64,000 bases of DNA from a virus. Position numbers and translations under genes: made by a program. The DNA lies in IMG/VR virus record IMGVR_UViG_3300032047_000006, positions 1 to 64,000 of that record; one strand, given 5' to 3'. Shown here one piece after another: positions 15,766 to 25,132 of this stretch (positions within the stretch are counted from its first letter, which is position 1; every line of letters starts with the position of its first letter). The notes beneath the pieces are model-generated. The model ran no database searches. It was not told the DNA's origin and was given only the letters and a program-made list of their open reading frames with translations.

Positions 15766-18726
15766 ATGGGTGGATTAGGCGGACACGTAGATCATCTTTA
15801 TGACAATCCAGATTTATCATTCACGGATATGATAAAGATAATGCAAGCTGCTTCCAACGGTGAGATCACTGGTGGTGAAAAGCTCGATGGACAAAACCTC
15901 TTTGTTTCTTATTCTGTAAAGGACGGCAAAGCAAAAGCTGCACGAAATGTAGGTAATGTAAAGAAGGGTGGGATGGATGCAGAAGCACTCGCTGCTAAAT
16001 TTGCTGGACGTGGGACATTAGAGAAAGCATTCAATGGTGCCTTTGAAGCATTCGTTGATGCAGTCCAGCAATTATCAGACGACGTGAAAATAAAGGTTTT
16101 TGGTGCTGATGCTAACATATTTTATAATGCAGAAGTTATGGATCCCGATAATCCTAATATTATTAACTACAATTCTAAAAATCTTATTATCCATAGAGAT
16201 GGGCACGGCGAATATGATCGTGAATCAGGTAAAGTAACCGATAGAGATGTTTCTGCTGAAGCTAACTTACTCGGCAAAGCTCTGAAGAAAATCCAAAAGT
16301 CAGACAAAGAGGATTCTTTTGGCGTTGAAATGAAAGCAGTAGAACGTCTTCGTGCTCTTTCGGATGATAAAGCTCTCACAACAGCAGTTAGTAGGCTTAA
16401 AAAATTACTCGCTGCCTCACAAGTGGGTGAGGGCGCTACTGTTGGGGAGTATATTATCTCCAAATTGGATGCCCTTGTTGAAAGAATGTTTCCAGACTTA
16501 GAAGAAACTACTAAAAAGATGCTTCTTCAAAGAATGTTTGGCGTAAAAGGCGTTACTGCAACACAAATATATAAAACTATCAAGGATCCAGAGGTTAAAA
16601 TTGCTGTTAAGTCCTTTATTAAAGATGATAAGAGAGTCCGAAAGGAAATTATTTATCCTCTCGAAGATATTGTTCATGACTTTGCAGTCGAAATGCTCGA
16701 TGGTTTGAAGTCAAGATTTGTTCTTTCTCACAAGGATGAGATAAATCGGATGGCAGACAGACTTGAACAAGCCATTTCAGATATTGAGTCCGCCGGTGAT
16801 GATACAAAGATACAAAAATTGAAAGCGGGGCTTGGCAAGTTAAAGAGTTTGGACAAAATCTCCTCTTCTATGGAAGGTTTTGTGTTCGCTTTCAATGGAC
16901 ACACTTATAAATTAACGGGATCATTCGCCCCTGTTAATCAAATTATGGGATTGTTGCCGTGGGAAGATAAAAAAGGCTCCGACTTAAACGAAGAATCTTC
17001 TGGTGGCAAGCGAATTGGGCTTTTTCCTGGCAAATTCAAGCCACCACACGCAGGACACTTCCTCGGTGCGAAAGAAATGATTGATTCTTACGATGCAGAT
17101 GTAGTCTTTATTATTATCTCCAAGAAATCTGTCAAAAGAGAGACTGAGGGCGGGCTATTTATTGTTTCGCCTGAAGTTTCCGAGAAGATGTGGAATACAT
17201 ATATCGATGAGAATGGGTATAATGGTAAGATCGTCCCGATCACGTCTAAATATCCCTCTCCCATTGTGGATACCTACGAAATGTTGAAAGAATTTAGCCC
17301 AGGGACATCAGTTTTGGTTTCAAAGGGAGAAAAAGATGGCGCAGACGCTCGATTTGATAGAATGGAGAAGTTTATTGCAAAAAACAACCTACCTGTGAAG
17401 GCTGTCCAAGTAGATGGCTCGATGTCGGACACTGGTGCGACTGGTACTTTACTTGGAAACGCTATTGCCAACCGTGATATCGAATCTTTTAAGAAAATGG
17501 TGCCTCTTTCAGGATCTTCAGCTATGAAGCTTTGGGAAGAAATCGTCAGCCAGGTTATAGACGAAGATTTTGACTTATATTCTCAGCCCGAGACTGCCGT
17601 TTTGAGTGAAGTTTGGAGAATGATTGATGAAGCACTCGAAATAGATGCAAAAGACACTCCGAGTGGACAACTCGGCGGTCCAGCGTCTGTTGATATTGAT
17701 GATGCCAGTGGTGACGATGAACAGGACGCAAATATTATTAAGAAAGGGGGTGATAATTCATCGACTGAAGTCGAGATTGTTACTAAAACTGTTGTTTCTG
17801 TCGACGTCACCACTGGTAAAGCTACCGTTGTCAACAAAGTAGAGGAATCTGAGGATTCTTCTAAAGAGATTATGCGTGAAGTCGATGCTAACGCAGACAG
17901 AGGCATCATCAACCTAGAAGATGGGCTAGGTATTTCTAGAAATGAGCTTCCTCAAATTAAGTCCGCCGATGTTTCAGAATTTATTGAGTGGTTGGACGGA
18001 CAAGGGATGGATAGTTTCAGTACTTCATTCCCAGTGGGTGGATTGAAGCCTGTTCAAAAAGAAATTAATTTAGAAAAAGTCTTTTCCATGGCTGAAAAAC
18101 ACCAGGCTGGTGAAATAGATCTTTCTAAAGGTAAGCCCTTAATGACTTCTAGTGACGAATATATTATAGATGGACATCATAGATGGTATGCTCTCCGTGA
18201 ATTAGATCCAAAGAACGAAATTGATATTATTATGATTGATGCTTCTGCAAGAAAGCTTATTGAGTTTATGAAAGAGTTTCCAAAGACTTCCTATAAGCAA
18301 ACTACTGATGAAAACCTTTATGAATCATCTTATGGTAAAGTAGGTGGTGAAAAAGAAGTTGTTAACGTCGGAAAGATGAAAATAGTTATTGATATAGAAA
18401 ACATGGATCTCGAACCTTCCAAGCATGGAGAAGAAAGAAGGTTTCGTCACGGAAAAGGTAAAACTATTTCAAAAGATGCTATCTTGCAAGCAGCCGAACG
18501 TGGCTTGGGCTTGATTATTCAAGATTATGCGAACGGTGAAATATCAAATGGGGAAGCTTTCGTTATTAGGCACAAAGCAAATGCTAAAACACCTGCATTG
18601 AATTTGGTTGGTGCTTTAGAAATGAGGAAGGGTCCTGATACAATGAAAATTATTACTGTAATGAGAAAAGATGATTTCAAAACCGATAACTTCGGTGGCG
18701 GACAACAAAAAACTTATAATATTTGA
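15766..18726 (+). CDS. Multidomain protein: ligase-like nucleotidyltransferase + HIGH-family nucleotidyltransferase + ParB/Srx-like domain + small C-terminal RNase-like domain
   Basis: EKLDG / EGFVF / YKLTG; FPGKFKPPHAGH; IIDGHHRW; SKHGEERRFRH..ITVMRK. Confidence 0.75.
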   Translation: MGGLGGHVDHLYDNPDLSFTDMIKIMQAASNGEITGGEKLDGQNLFVSYSVKDGKAKAARNVGNVKKGGMDAEALAAKFAGRGTLEKAFNGAFEAFVDAVQQLSDDVKIKVFGADANIFYNAEVMDPDNPNIINYNSKNLIIHRDGHGEYDRESGKVTDRDVSAEANLLGKALKKIQKSDKEDSFGVEMKAVERLRALSDDKALTTAVSRLKKLLAASQVGEGATVGEYIISKLDALVERMFPDLEETTKKMLLQRMFGVKGVTATQIYKTIKDPEVKIAVKSFIKDDKRVRKEIIYPLEDIVHDFAVEMLDGLKSRFVLSHKDEINRMADRLEQAISDIESAGDDTKIQKLKAGLGKLKSLDKISSSMEGFVFAFNGHTYKLTGSFAPVNQIMGLLPWEDKKGSDLNEESSGGKRIGLFPGKFKPPHAGHFLGAKEMIDSYDADVVFIIISKKSVKRETEGGLFIVSPEVSEKMWNTYIDENGYNGKIVPITSKYPSPIVDTYEMLKEFSPGTSVLVSKGEKDGADARFDRMEKFIAKNNLPVKAVQVDGSMSDTGATGTLLGNAIANRDIESFKKMVPLSGSSAMKLWEEIVSQVIDEDFDLYSQPETAVLSEVWRMIDEALEIDAKDTPSGQLGGPASVDIDDASGDDEQDANIIKKGGDNSSTEVEIVTKTVVSVDVTTGKATVVNKVEESEDSSKEIMREVDANADRGIINLEDGLGISRNELPQIKSADVSEFIEWLDGQGMDSFSTSFPVGGLKPVQKEINLEKVFSMAEKHQAGEIDLSKGKPLMTSSDEYIIDGHHRWYALRELDPKNEIDIIMIDASARKLIEFMKEFPKTSYKQTTDENLYESSYGKVGGEKEVVNVGKMKIVIDIENMDLEPSKHGEERRFRHGKGKTISKDAILQAAERGLGLIIQDYANGEISNGEAFVIRHKANAKTPALNLVGALEMRKGPDTMKIITVMRKDDFKTDNFGGGQQKTYNI

Positions 18727-18735
18727 GGGATAAAT

Positions 18736-19479
18736 ATGTTTGATAGAGAACAAATGATTGAAGAGATTAGAATCAGGGATATGGTGGCAAGAGCCGTCCG
18801 TGTTCGTGCGAAGAAATTAAGAGAAAGTATCGCCAAGGAAGAAAATGAACTTAGGAACATTATCAGAGGATTGATTCAAGAAGCATCTAGCGACAAGGTT
18901 CAACATCGTTCTACTGGTATCAACGTTCTAGAAGATCTTCTTAAAAAGATTATTCCTGTTTTAGAACAAGATTATAAAATGCTCACCACTGATGCCAAAC
19001 AGAGAAGATCCTTCTCTGCCCACATCGTGACTGCTGTGCAAAATTCTCTCTCTCCCCTGGATATTACAAAAGCTGCTAATTCAAAAGGCATGATCAGCGT
19101 CGACGAAATCTCAGACATCGATGAAATTGAAGTTGTTGTTGGAGATGACGAAGGCGCATTCATTGATATTGATGCCGACGGTGAAGAAACACCTTTTCAA
19201 GATCTAGAGGGCGAGGACAGGACAGGTAACAATTTTGCTCAAGCAACCTTTGATAAAATAGAGACTCAAATAAAGGATGCTTTCAGTCTTCTTGGAAATG
19301 AAGAGGATCAAGAATTATTTAGCACCTATTTGATTACAAACATTAAATTATATTTTGATATGTTCGAGGATGAGTTAAAGGATAGCATCGTCGAGCCATC
19401 TAATGACGAATACGAAGAAGAAAAGGCTTCTGATGAAGATACTAATGATGAATCTGACACAGAAGAGCTAGAACTATAA
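18736..19479 (+). CDS. Acidic putative prohead core/scaffold-type protein
   Basis: 'LRNIIRGLIQE' helix; very acidic C-terminus. Confidence 0.65.
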   Translation: MFDREQMIEEIRIRDMVARAVRVRAKKLRESIAKEENELRNIIRGLIQEASSDKVQHRSTGINVLEDLLKKIIPVLEQDYKMLTTDAKQRRSFSAHIVTAVQNSLSPLDITKAANSKGMISVDEISDIDEIEVVVGDDEGAFIDIDADGEETPFQDLEGEDRTGNNFAQATFDKIETQIKDAFSLLGNEEDQELFSTYLITNIKLYFDMFEDELKDSIVEPSNDEYEEEKASDEDTNDESDTEELEL

Positions 19480-19497
19480 CTTTTTCGTTTCTTATGA

Positions 19498-19520
19498 CTA
19501 TTTACAGATAACTATTTATG
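19498..19520 (+). promoter_or_regulatory. Tandem putative late promoters
   Basis: CTATTTACA and CTATTTATG upstream of 19539. Confidence 0.65.
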
Positions 19521-19538
19521 AACATGGAGGACATTTAA

Positions 19539-20303
19539 ATGTCAAAACAGAGAAGAATCAAAAAACTCGTTAAGGGGCACCTTAATTCTAAGGGTCCCGA
19601 CGGCGTACAGATTTATACAACTGCTCAACAAAAGATTGATCGTTTGGCAGTATTGGACGACATCGCTCAAACAAACGCAACGCAATTATTAGAAGCACTA
19701 ACTGGTACTACTGGTGGAGATAACGATGGCATAGCATTCGCTGCTGACGCATTCCCATTCGACGCTCGTGAATCGGCTGACGCTGATAATGACGGCATCG
19801 GTGACAACCAAGAAATTGTGACAATGTATAAGGCTATTCAAGCCCTCGCAGCAGACGTTCTAGCCCTGGGCGCTCCAACTACCGCTGCCGCTGCCGCTGC
19901 GCTTACACAGCTAGGTATCATGGAAACTCAAGACAAAAACAATGGTGATAATGACGAACTATATGATGGCGCAGAAGCCGCATACTTCGCTCAGAAATTA
20001 ATTGTCGACACCAATAAAGCTACTTCTGATGCTAAGATAGTCGAGGCTGAAGCTTTACAAGCGGCGATAGAAGCACTTCCGCTTCCCGGTGCCAACGTTA
20101 CAATCGAGGCACTCGGGGTGCGCTCGATTCATACTGCCGTCGGGGCGGCACCCGACAGTCTTGCTAAGACTGAAGTTGATCTACTAAAAACCAACGCAGC
20201 CGCCGTCGATACACAAGAAGCTCTATTTTCAGATCCCGGTGTCGCCGGTTACGAGACTCGCCGAGGTGTAACTGTGGATCCTAATGATGATACCCCTGCA
20301 TAA
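19539..20303 (+). CDS. Ala-rich putative virion protein with thrombospondin type-3-like Ca-binding motif
   Basis: DAFPFDARESADADNDGIGDN; RBS GGAGG; tandem late motifs at 19498 and 19512. Confidence 0.7.
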   Translation: MSKQRRIKKLVKGHLNSKGPDGVQIYTTAQQKIDRLAVLDDIAQTNATQLLEALTGTTGGDNDGIAFAADAFPFDARESADADNDGIGDNQEIVTMYKAIQALAADVLALGAPTTAAAAAALTQLGIMETQDKNNGDNDELYDGAEAAYFAQKLIVDTNKATSDAKIVEAEALQAAIEALPLPGANVTIEALGVRSIHTAVGAAPDSLAKTEVDLLKTNAAAVDTQEALFSDPGVAGYETRRGVTVDPNDDTPA

Positions 20304-20314
20304 CAGAGGTTTAG

Positions 20315-20656
20315 TTGCATAACCCCATCCCACGAAAACCCTACTCGGTTTCAAAGAAATTAAAATCTGAAAACAAGATTAATGACAACTTTGAGATTCA
20401 GCTTTCTAGCCTGAGTCTCGAAGAAGTCATTGCTTTGAAATTAGAAATCGCCACAAGAGAAACAAAAGGTAAGTTTTTTGGACTCCCTATCTGGCGCAGA
20501 TTACCCCTGATCATCAAAGACGCCTGTTTAAAAGCTGCTGTTTCTGCAACCTACACCCGTAGAGAAGCGGCTAGATTCCTCGGAATCTCATATTCACAGA
20601 TGAAGCTAAACCTTCGTAATTATGGCGTTTATAATTATTTTAAAAATAAACCTTAA
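20315..20656 (+). CDS. Fis-like HTH protein
   Basis: C-terminal 'TRREAARFLGISYSQMKLNLRNYGV'; TTG start after GAGG. Confidence 0.7.
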   Translation: MHNPIPRKPYSVSKKLKSENKINDNFEIQLSSLSLEEVIALKLEIATRETKGKFFGLPIWRRLPLIIKDACLKAAVSATYTRREAARFLGISYSQMKLNLRNYGVYNYFKNKP

Positions 20657-20841
20657 CAACAGAACTTTTCGCATATATATTAGTTAAGTCAGTTACTCAC
20701 TTCGTTCATAACTTCTCTAAGATTACTTAATATAAAAAGCTCAAGTCTGAGTCTAAGTAAATAAAAAAGAATCCTACCTTAATGGAGTAGTCTATTTAGA
20801 CTTCTTCTTCTATTTACCTTTAGTAACGTGAGGGTAATAAA

Positions 20842-21945
20842 TTGGAAATAAGTAAAAATGTAAAGATTGGTATAACTGCTCAATCTGATGAAAATCTATT
20901 TGGTAATGGACTGAAACAAAATGTTTGGTTTCTTTACCGTCTTCTTAAAAATGTCGGATATGACATTCACTTAGTCTCAGAGTCTGATAAACATTATGGA
21001 AAGCATTTATTAGGTGTCCCAGTTGAAAGACTAGACACCGTCTCTATATTAGAGTATAAAGTAATTCTTCAGTGTGCCAATTCTTTGACGGAAACTTGCA
21101 GAAAGATACTCAGAGGGCATGGAGGCAAAGTTGGCTCTTGTGAATATGGAAATAAAGTTCTTATTGATATGGGCACAATGATATATGGTGGTCCAGGTGA
21201 GGACGGCTTCACTTTACCAGATGTTGATTTCTATTGGACATCACCTCATTTTGCCAGAACTGCTAGTGCCTTATCAGCAATGTCAAAAGCACCAGTAAGT
21301 ATTTGTCCTTATATATGGTCGCCAGAAGTTATAGTCCAGTCTTATATGAGAGCAGGCTACAATCCTTACTTCGGTGATCATGTTAATCTTAAAAATGTAG
21401 CCATCCTAGAATCTAATCTATACATCGTAAAGACATGTGTTATCCCAATGCTAATTTCAGAGAAATTATATAATGAGGATAACGAGATGATCGATAATGT
21501 CTTTAATGTAGGTGCAGCAAGATTGAAAGAAAAAAATAACTTTGTTAGATTCTGTCAAAAGTTTGAGCTTGTAAAGGACAGTAAAATGTCTTTCGAGGGA
21601 AGGTGGGCTTTAAATTTCTTGTTACACAAAGGTTATGCTGGAACAATCGTTTCACATCAGTGGTGTAATGAATTAAATTACCTTCAGCTTGAAGCAATGT
21701 TTCTTAATCTTCCTTTTGTACATAATAGTCCTACATTCGAGGAGCATGGTTATTATTATCCAGACTTTGACGTAGACAAAGGAGCAGAGGCTCTTAAAGA
21801 AGCTATTAATGAACATCCAAAGCGTTACTTGGAAGAACGTCCAAAGAACGAAGAGATGATGTGGAGATACAACCCAAACAATAAAAAGAATGTAGACGGT
21901 TACATTGAATTATTAGAAGAGGTAATTCAGACAGACTATTCTTAG
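20842..21945 (+). CDS. DUF2827-family (glycosyltransferase-like) protein
   Basis: 'KIGIT..FGNGLKQNVWFL', 'VSHQWCNELNY..PFVHNS..GYYYPDFD'. Confidence 0.75.
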   Translation: MEISKNVKIGITAQSDENLFGNGLKQNVWFLYRLLKNVGYDIHLVSESDKHYGKHLLGVPVERLDTVSILEYKVILQCANSLTETCRKILRGHGGKVGSCEYGNKVLIDMGTMIYGGPGEDGFTLPDVDFYWTSPHFARTASALSAMSKAPVSICPYIWSPEVIVQSYMRAGYNPYFGDHVNLKNVAILESNLYIVKTCVIPMLISEKLYNEDNEMIDNVFNVGAARLKEKNNFVRFCQKFELVKDSKMSFEGRWALNFLLHKGYAGTIVSHQWCNELNYLQLEAMFLNLPFVHNSPTFEEHGYYYPDFDVDKGAEALKEAINEHPKRYLEERPKNEEMMWRYNPNNKKNVDGYIELLEEVIQTDYS

Positions 21946-21953
21946 GAGCTATT

Positions 21954-22472
21954 TTGAATAACTGGAGAGTATTAAAATTAGATAGCTCATACCGCCCGAT
22001 ACAGGTTATCTCATGGCAGGAAGCTTTTACTATGGTATTCCTTGGTAGGGCTACACTCGTGGAGGTAAGAAAAGATGCCTTCGTCCGTTCTGTGGGACAG
22101 AAGTTTGAAGTACCGTCAGTTATAGCAATAAACAGATATGTCAATAAAGCTAGAATTAGTCTAAGGGTTTCCCGTAAAAATGTTTTTTGGAGAGATGGGT
22201 ACATTTGCCAATATTGCGCAAAGAGATTCCCAAAACTTGAGTTGACTATAGATCATGTCACACCTAAATGTGCAGGCGGACCGAAGACATGGGAGAATAT
22301 TGTAGCTGCTTGTAAAAAGTGCAATCAGAAGAAGGGTTCTAAGCTTCCAAGGGAGGCTGGTATGATACCCCTGAGAGCGCCACAGTCCCCCTCTCCTGCC
22401 ATGTTCTGTGATTTACCCGATAAGGTTGTGGATGAAACTTGGAAAAAATATTTAGAGCCATATTCTAACTAA
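21954..22472 (+). CDS. HNH endonuclease (McrA-like)
   Basis: RDGYICQYC..TIDHVTP..GG..WENIVAACKKCNQKKG. Confidence 0.93.
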   Translation: MNNWRVLKLDSSYRPIQVISWQEAFTMVFLGRATLVEVRKDAFVRSVGQKFEVPSVIAINRYVNKARISLRVSRKNVFWRDGYICQYCAKRFPKLELTIDHVTPKCAGGPKTWENIVAACKKCNQKKGSKLPREAGMIPLRAPQSPSPAMFCDLPDKVVDETWKKYLEPYSN

Positions 22473-23339
22473 TTATTTCTTACCAAATGTGATTCCTTCA
22501 CCTCTCTTGATGGCTGCAATGGCAGCGGATATTGCATCGCTTACTTGTTCTCTCGTAGCGCCATAACTTACAGCACTCATACACCCTGGATTAAATACCG
22601 GGCAGAATCTGGCATCTATGGAATGTATCATTCCTATTAACTCCCCATTCATATTTAAAACAGGAGAACCACTTGAACCTGGAGCAGCAATAATTGTATA
22701 CATAGAAAATGCCCTACCTTTTACTAACTCAACCTGTCCAGTATAAAATCCTTCTGTATAATATACTCCACCTCCACTTACGTTTCCTTGAAACACTCCT
22801 TTTGGAGCAGCAACATTTAATGTCTTCTGTCCATATTCTGGCTTTGAACCAAGGGTAAGGGCTTTCCCATTCATAGAGGTTTCTATTACGCAAGTATCAG
22901 CAGATATATTTTGTATCCAAGGTGGGTTTTTAACAGGGAATGTCTCACCATAGGAATTCACAACTTCCATGCTACCTGTTGCCTTTAAAGTTACTTTATC
23001 TTTAAATTTGAGAGTCTCTCTAATATGAATCATCATCCTCGGATCAAAATCTGAAAATTTATATTCACCATCATCACAAACATGTTGAGCCGTCAGAACA
23101 AGAGTTCTAGGGTTTTTAATAAGCGCTTTTTTATTTAGTACAATCGCTCCTGATCCAATAGAGTTCATGTCCATCAATTTTTTACACTGTTCAACGCCAT
23201 CAATTTTCCCACAGACGTCTAGTTTAATGCTCTTTTTTACCATTACAAAAGAATCTCTAATTGATGTCGGATGTTGTATATGTTTGGTACAGCCTCCAAT
23301 TGTTATTAAAAATAAAAATAAAAATAATCTTTGAAACAT
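22473..23339 (-). CDS. Trypsin-like serine protease, probable lipoprotein
   Basis: Catalytic triad LTAQHVC, ADTC, PGSSGSP; signal peptide ending IGGC; RBS GGAGG; late motif on - strand at 23375-23383. Confidence 0.88.
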   Translation of the reverse strand: MFQRLFLFLFLITIGGCTKHIQHPTSIRDSFVMVKKSIKLDVCGKIDGVEQCKKLMDMNSIGSGAIVLNKKALIKNPRTLVLTAQHVCDDGEYKFSDFDPRMMIHIRETLKFKDKVTLKATGSMEVVNSYGETFPVKNPPWIQNISADTCVIETSMNGKALTLGSKPEYGQKTLNVAAPKGVFQGNVSGGGVYYTEGFYTGQVELVKGRAFSMYTIIAAPGSSGSPVLNMNGELIGMIHSIDARFCPVFNPGCMSAVSYGATREQVSDAISAAIAAIKRGEGITFGKK

Positions 23340-23374
23340 ATTTCAATCCTCCACGAGCACTTTTTGCTTACATA

Positions 23375-23419
23375 TGTAAGTAGCCAAGGGCGAATAAAAA
23401 GAGTTTAAGCCTATTTACC
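23375..23419. promoter_or_regulatory. Divergent pair of putative late promoters
   Basis: CTACTTACA on - strand (23383-23375) facing the protease; CTATTTACC on + strand (23411-23419) facing phoH. Confidence 0.65.
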
Positions 23420-23437
23420 ACTAGAAAGGAACATATA

Positions 23438-24778
23438 ATGACTAAGAAAATTTATGTTATCGACACTAGCGTTTATCTAACCGACTTCTCATCCCTCAAG
23501 GCATTTGAGGATAACGATGTTATCATACCATTCAAAGTCCTGGAAGAGATAGATAAGCATAAGAAACGCCAGGATTCCGTCGGCTCAAATGCAAGAAGTA
23601 TTATTAGAACTCTCGACGAACTGAGACAACTAGGTTCTCTCCATGAAGGAGTTTCTATGGGTGAAGAATACGGAGTTGTCACAGCAAGAGGACATGATCC
23701 AGAACTACTCCCAGCAGATTGGGACAGGGAAGATCCAGACAATCAAATCATCGCAACCGCACTCACTGTAAAGAAAGAAAATCCTGATTGCAAGGTAACT
23801 CTTGTTTCTCGGGATATTAATCTGAGAGTAAAATGTGATTCAATAGGATTATTAACGGACGATTATCAAGCATCTCAAGTAATAGAATCTTTAGACGAGA
23901 TATATTCAGGATATCGAGATATAATTGTTTCCGATAGAATGGTTGATGATTTTTATTTAGGAGTGGATACAATTCTGCCTGAGAGTGAGAATTCAGAAGA
24001 GCCCCCTATCAACGGTAATGAATGTGTTACTTTAATATCAGAGATAAGTGATAAAAAAACAGCCTTAGCTAGATTCAAAAATCATTCGACACCGCTCATA
24101 AAAATACCTACCAAGCGCAGAGTGTGGGGAATTAAACCAAGAAACAAAGAGCAATCATATGCGATAGATTTATTGATGGATCCTCAAGTATCGCTTGTAA
24201 CTCTCGTTGGAAAAGCAGGCTCAGGAAAGACTCTCTGCGCCATCGCCGCAGGACTTGAGCAATCCGTAGATGATCACCACTTGAGTACACAGAGATCTAT
24301 CTACACGAGGCTTATCGTCTCACGTCCCGTAGAACCGCTTGGTAAAGACATTGGATTCCTACCTGGAACAATGGAAGAGAAAATGGCACCCTGGCTTAAA
24401 CCAATTCAAGATAATTTGAAATTTTTGATGATGGACGACGCTGTAACGCTACAGGAATATATGGAAATAGGCAAAATAGAGGTTGAAGCACTCACTTATA
24501 TTAGAGGGCGCTCTATTGCTAATGCCTTTATTATTATTGACGAAGCGCAGAACCTTACAAAGCACGAACTCAAAACTATTGTAACTCGTGTTGGCGAAGG
24601 AACAAAACTTGTCTTAACCGGCGACGTCGAACAAATTGATAATATCTATATCGACGAAAGAACGAATGGGTTGACGTATGCTGTTGAAAAAATGAAATCA
24701 CATGGAATTACAGGACATGTGACTCTAAAGAAGGGCGAGAGATCTGCCATCGCAACACTAGCGTCCAAGATATTATAA
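23438..24778 (+). CDS. phoH: PIN-PhoH (PhoH2/YlaK-type) ATPase
   Basis: PIN motifs IDTSV..EEID..DNQII..SRD.NLR; GKAGSGKT; IGFLPG; YIRGRS; IDEAQN; TRVGE; GDVEQID. Confidence 0.95.
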   Translation: MTKKIYVIDTSVYLTDFSSLKAFEDNDVIIPFKVLEEIDKHKKRQDSVGSNARSIIRTLDELRQLGSLHEGVSMGEEYGVVTARGHDPELLPADWDREDPDNQIIATALTVKKENPDCKVTLVSRDINLRVKCDSIGLLTDDYQASQVIESLDEIYSGYRDIIVSDRMVDDFYLGVDTILPESENSEEPPINGNECVTLISEISDKKTALARFKNHSTPLIKIPTKRRVWGIKPRNKEQSYAIDLLMDPQVSLVTLVGKAGSGKTLCAIAAGLEQSVDDHHLSTQRSIYTRLIVSRPVEPLGKDIGFLPGTMEEKMAPWLKPIQDNLKFLMMDDAVTLQEYMEIGKIEVEALTYIRGRSIANAFIIIDEAQNLTKHELKTIVTRVGEGTKLVLTGDVEQIDNIYIDERTNGLTYAVEKMKSHGITGHVTLKKGERSAIATLASKIL

Positions 24779-24779
24779 T

Positions 24780-24808
24780 TTTACATATTAGTAATAGTAT
24801 GTTATTAT
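24780..24808 (+). promoter_or_regulatory. sigma70-type promoter
   Basis: TTTACA-N17-TATTAT with extended TG. Confidence 0.6.
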
Positions 24809-24835
24809 ACAAGAATCATATAGAAGGGAAAAAAT

Positions 24836-25132
24836 ATGAAAGATAAAACATTACCAACGGCAGATACAAAAATTATTGAAAATGAGACTTTAGAAAAAGA
24901 AGTCGAACTGGATAATCCATTGAAGTCCTGGTTAGTTAATTATGTGGGAGAGAAAGTCTCACCTGAAGATGATGTCGTTAGAGTCGAGCACGTTGTGGAA
25001 GTGTTAGCTAAAGAGTTCCCAGAATTCTTAATGGTTGTAGCAGAAGAAAATTGGCTACGAGGATACCGACAGGGTATTGATGATGTGGAAAAGGGGATGT
25101 CACTCGCAAAGTCCCAAGGGCACGAGGTATAA
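24836..25132 (+). CDS. Hypothetical protein
   Basis: ORF; 'KEFPEFLMVVAEENWLRGYRQG'. Confidence 0.8.
   Translation: MKDKTLPTADTKIIENETLEKEVELDNPLKSWLVNYVGEKVSPEDDVVRVEHVVEVLAKEFPEFLMVVAEENWLRGYRQGIDDVEKGMSLAKSQGHEV

Noticed and set aside
21954-22472. HNH gene as an intron-encoded homing endonuclease
   Set aside because: Flanking genes are complete and unrelated; no split gene or intron core seen
22469-22477. CTAATTA motif at the HNH/protease junction as an antisense promoter
   Set aside because: Explained by back-to-back stop codons TAA/TTA
23438-24778. PIN domain as part of a toxin-antitoxin system
   Set aside because: Standard PIN-PhoH fusion with no upstream antitoxin ORF
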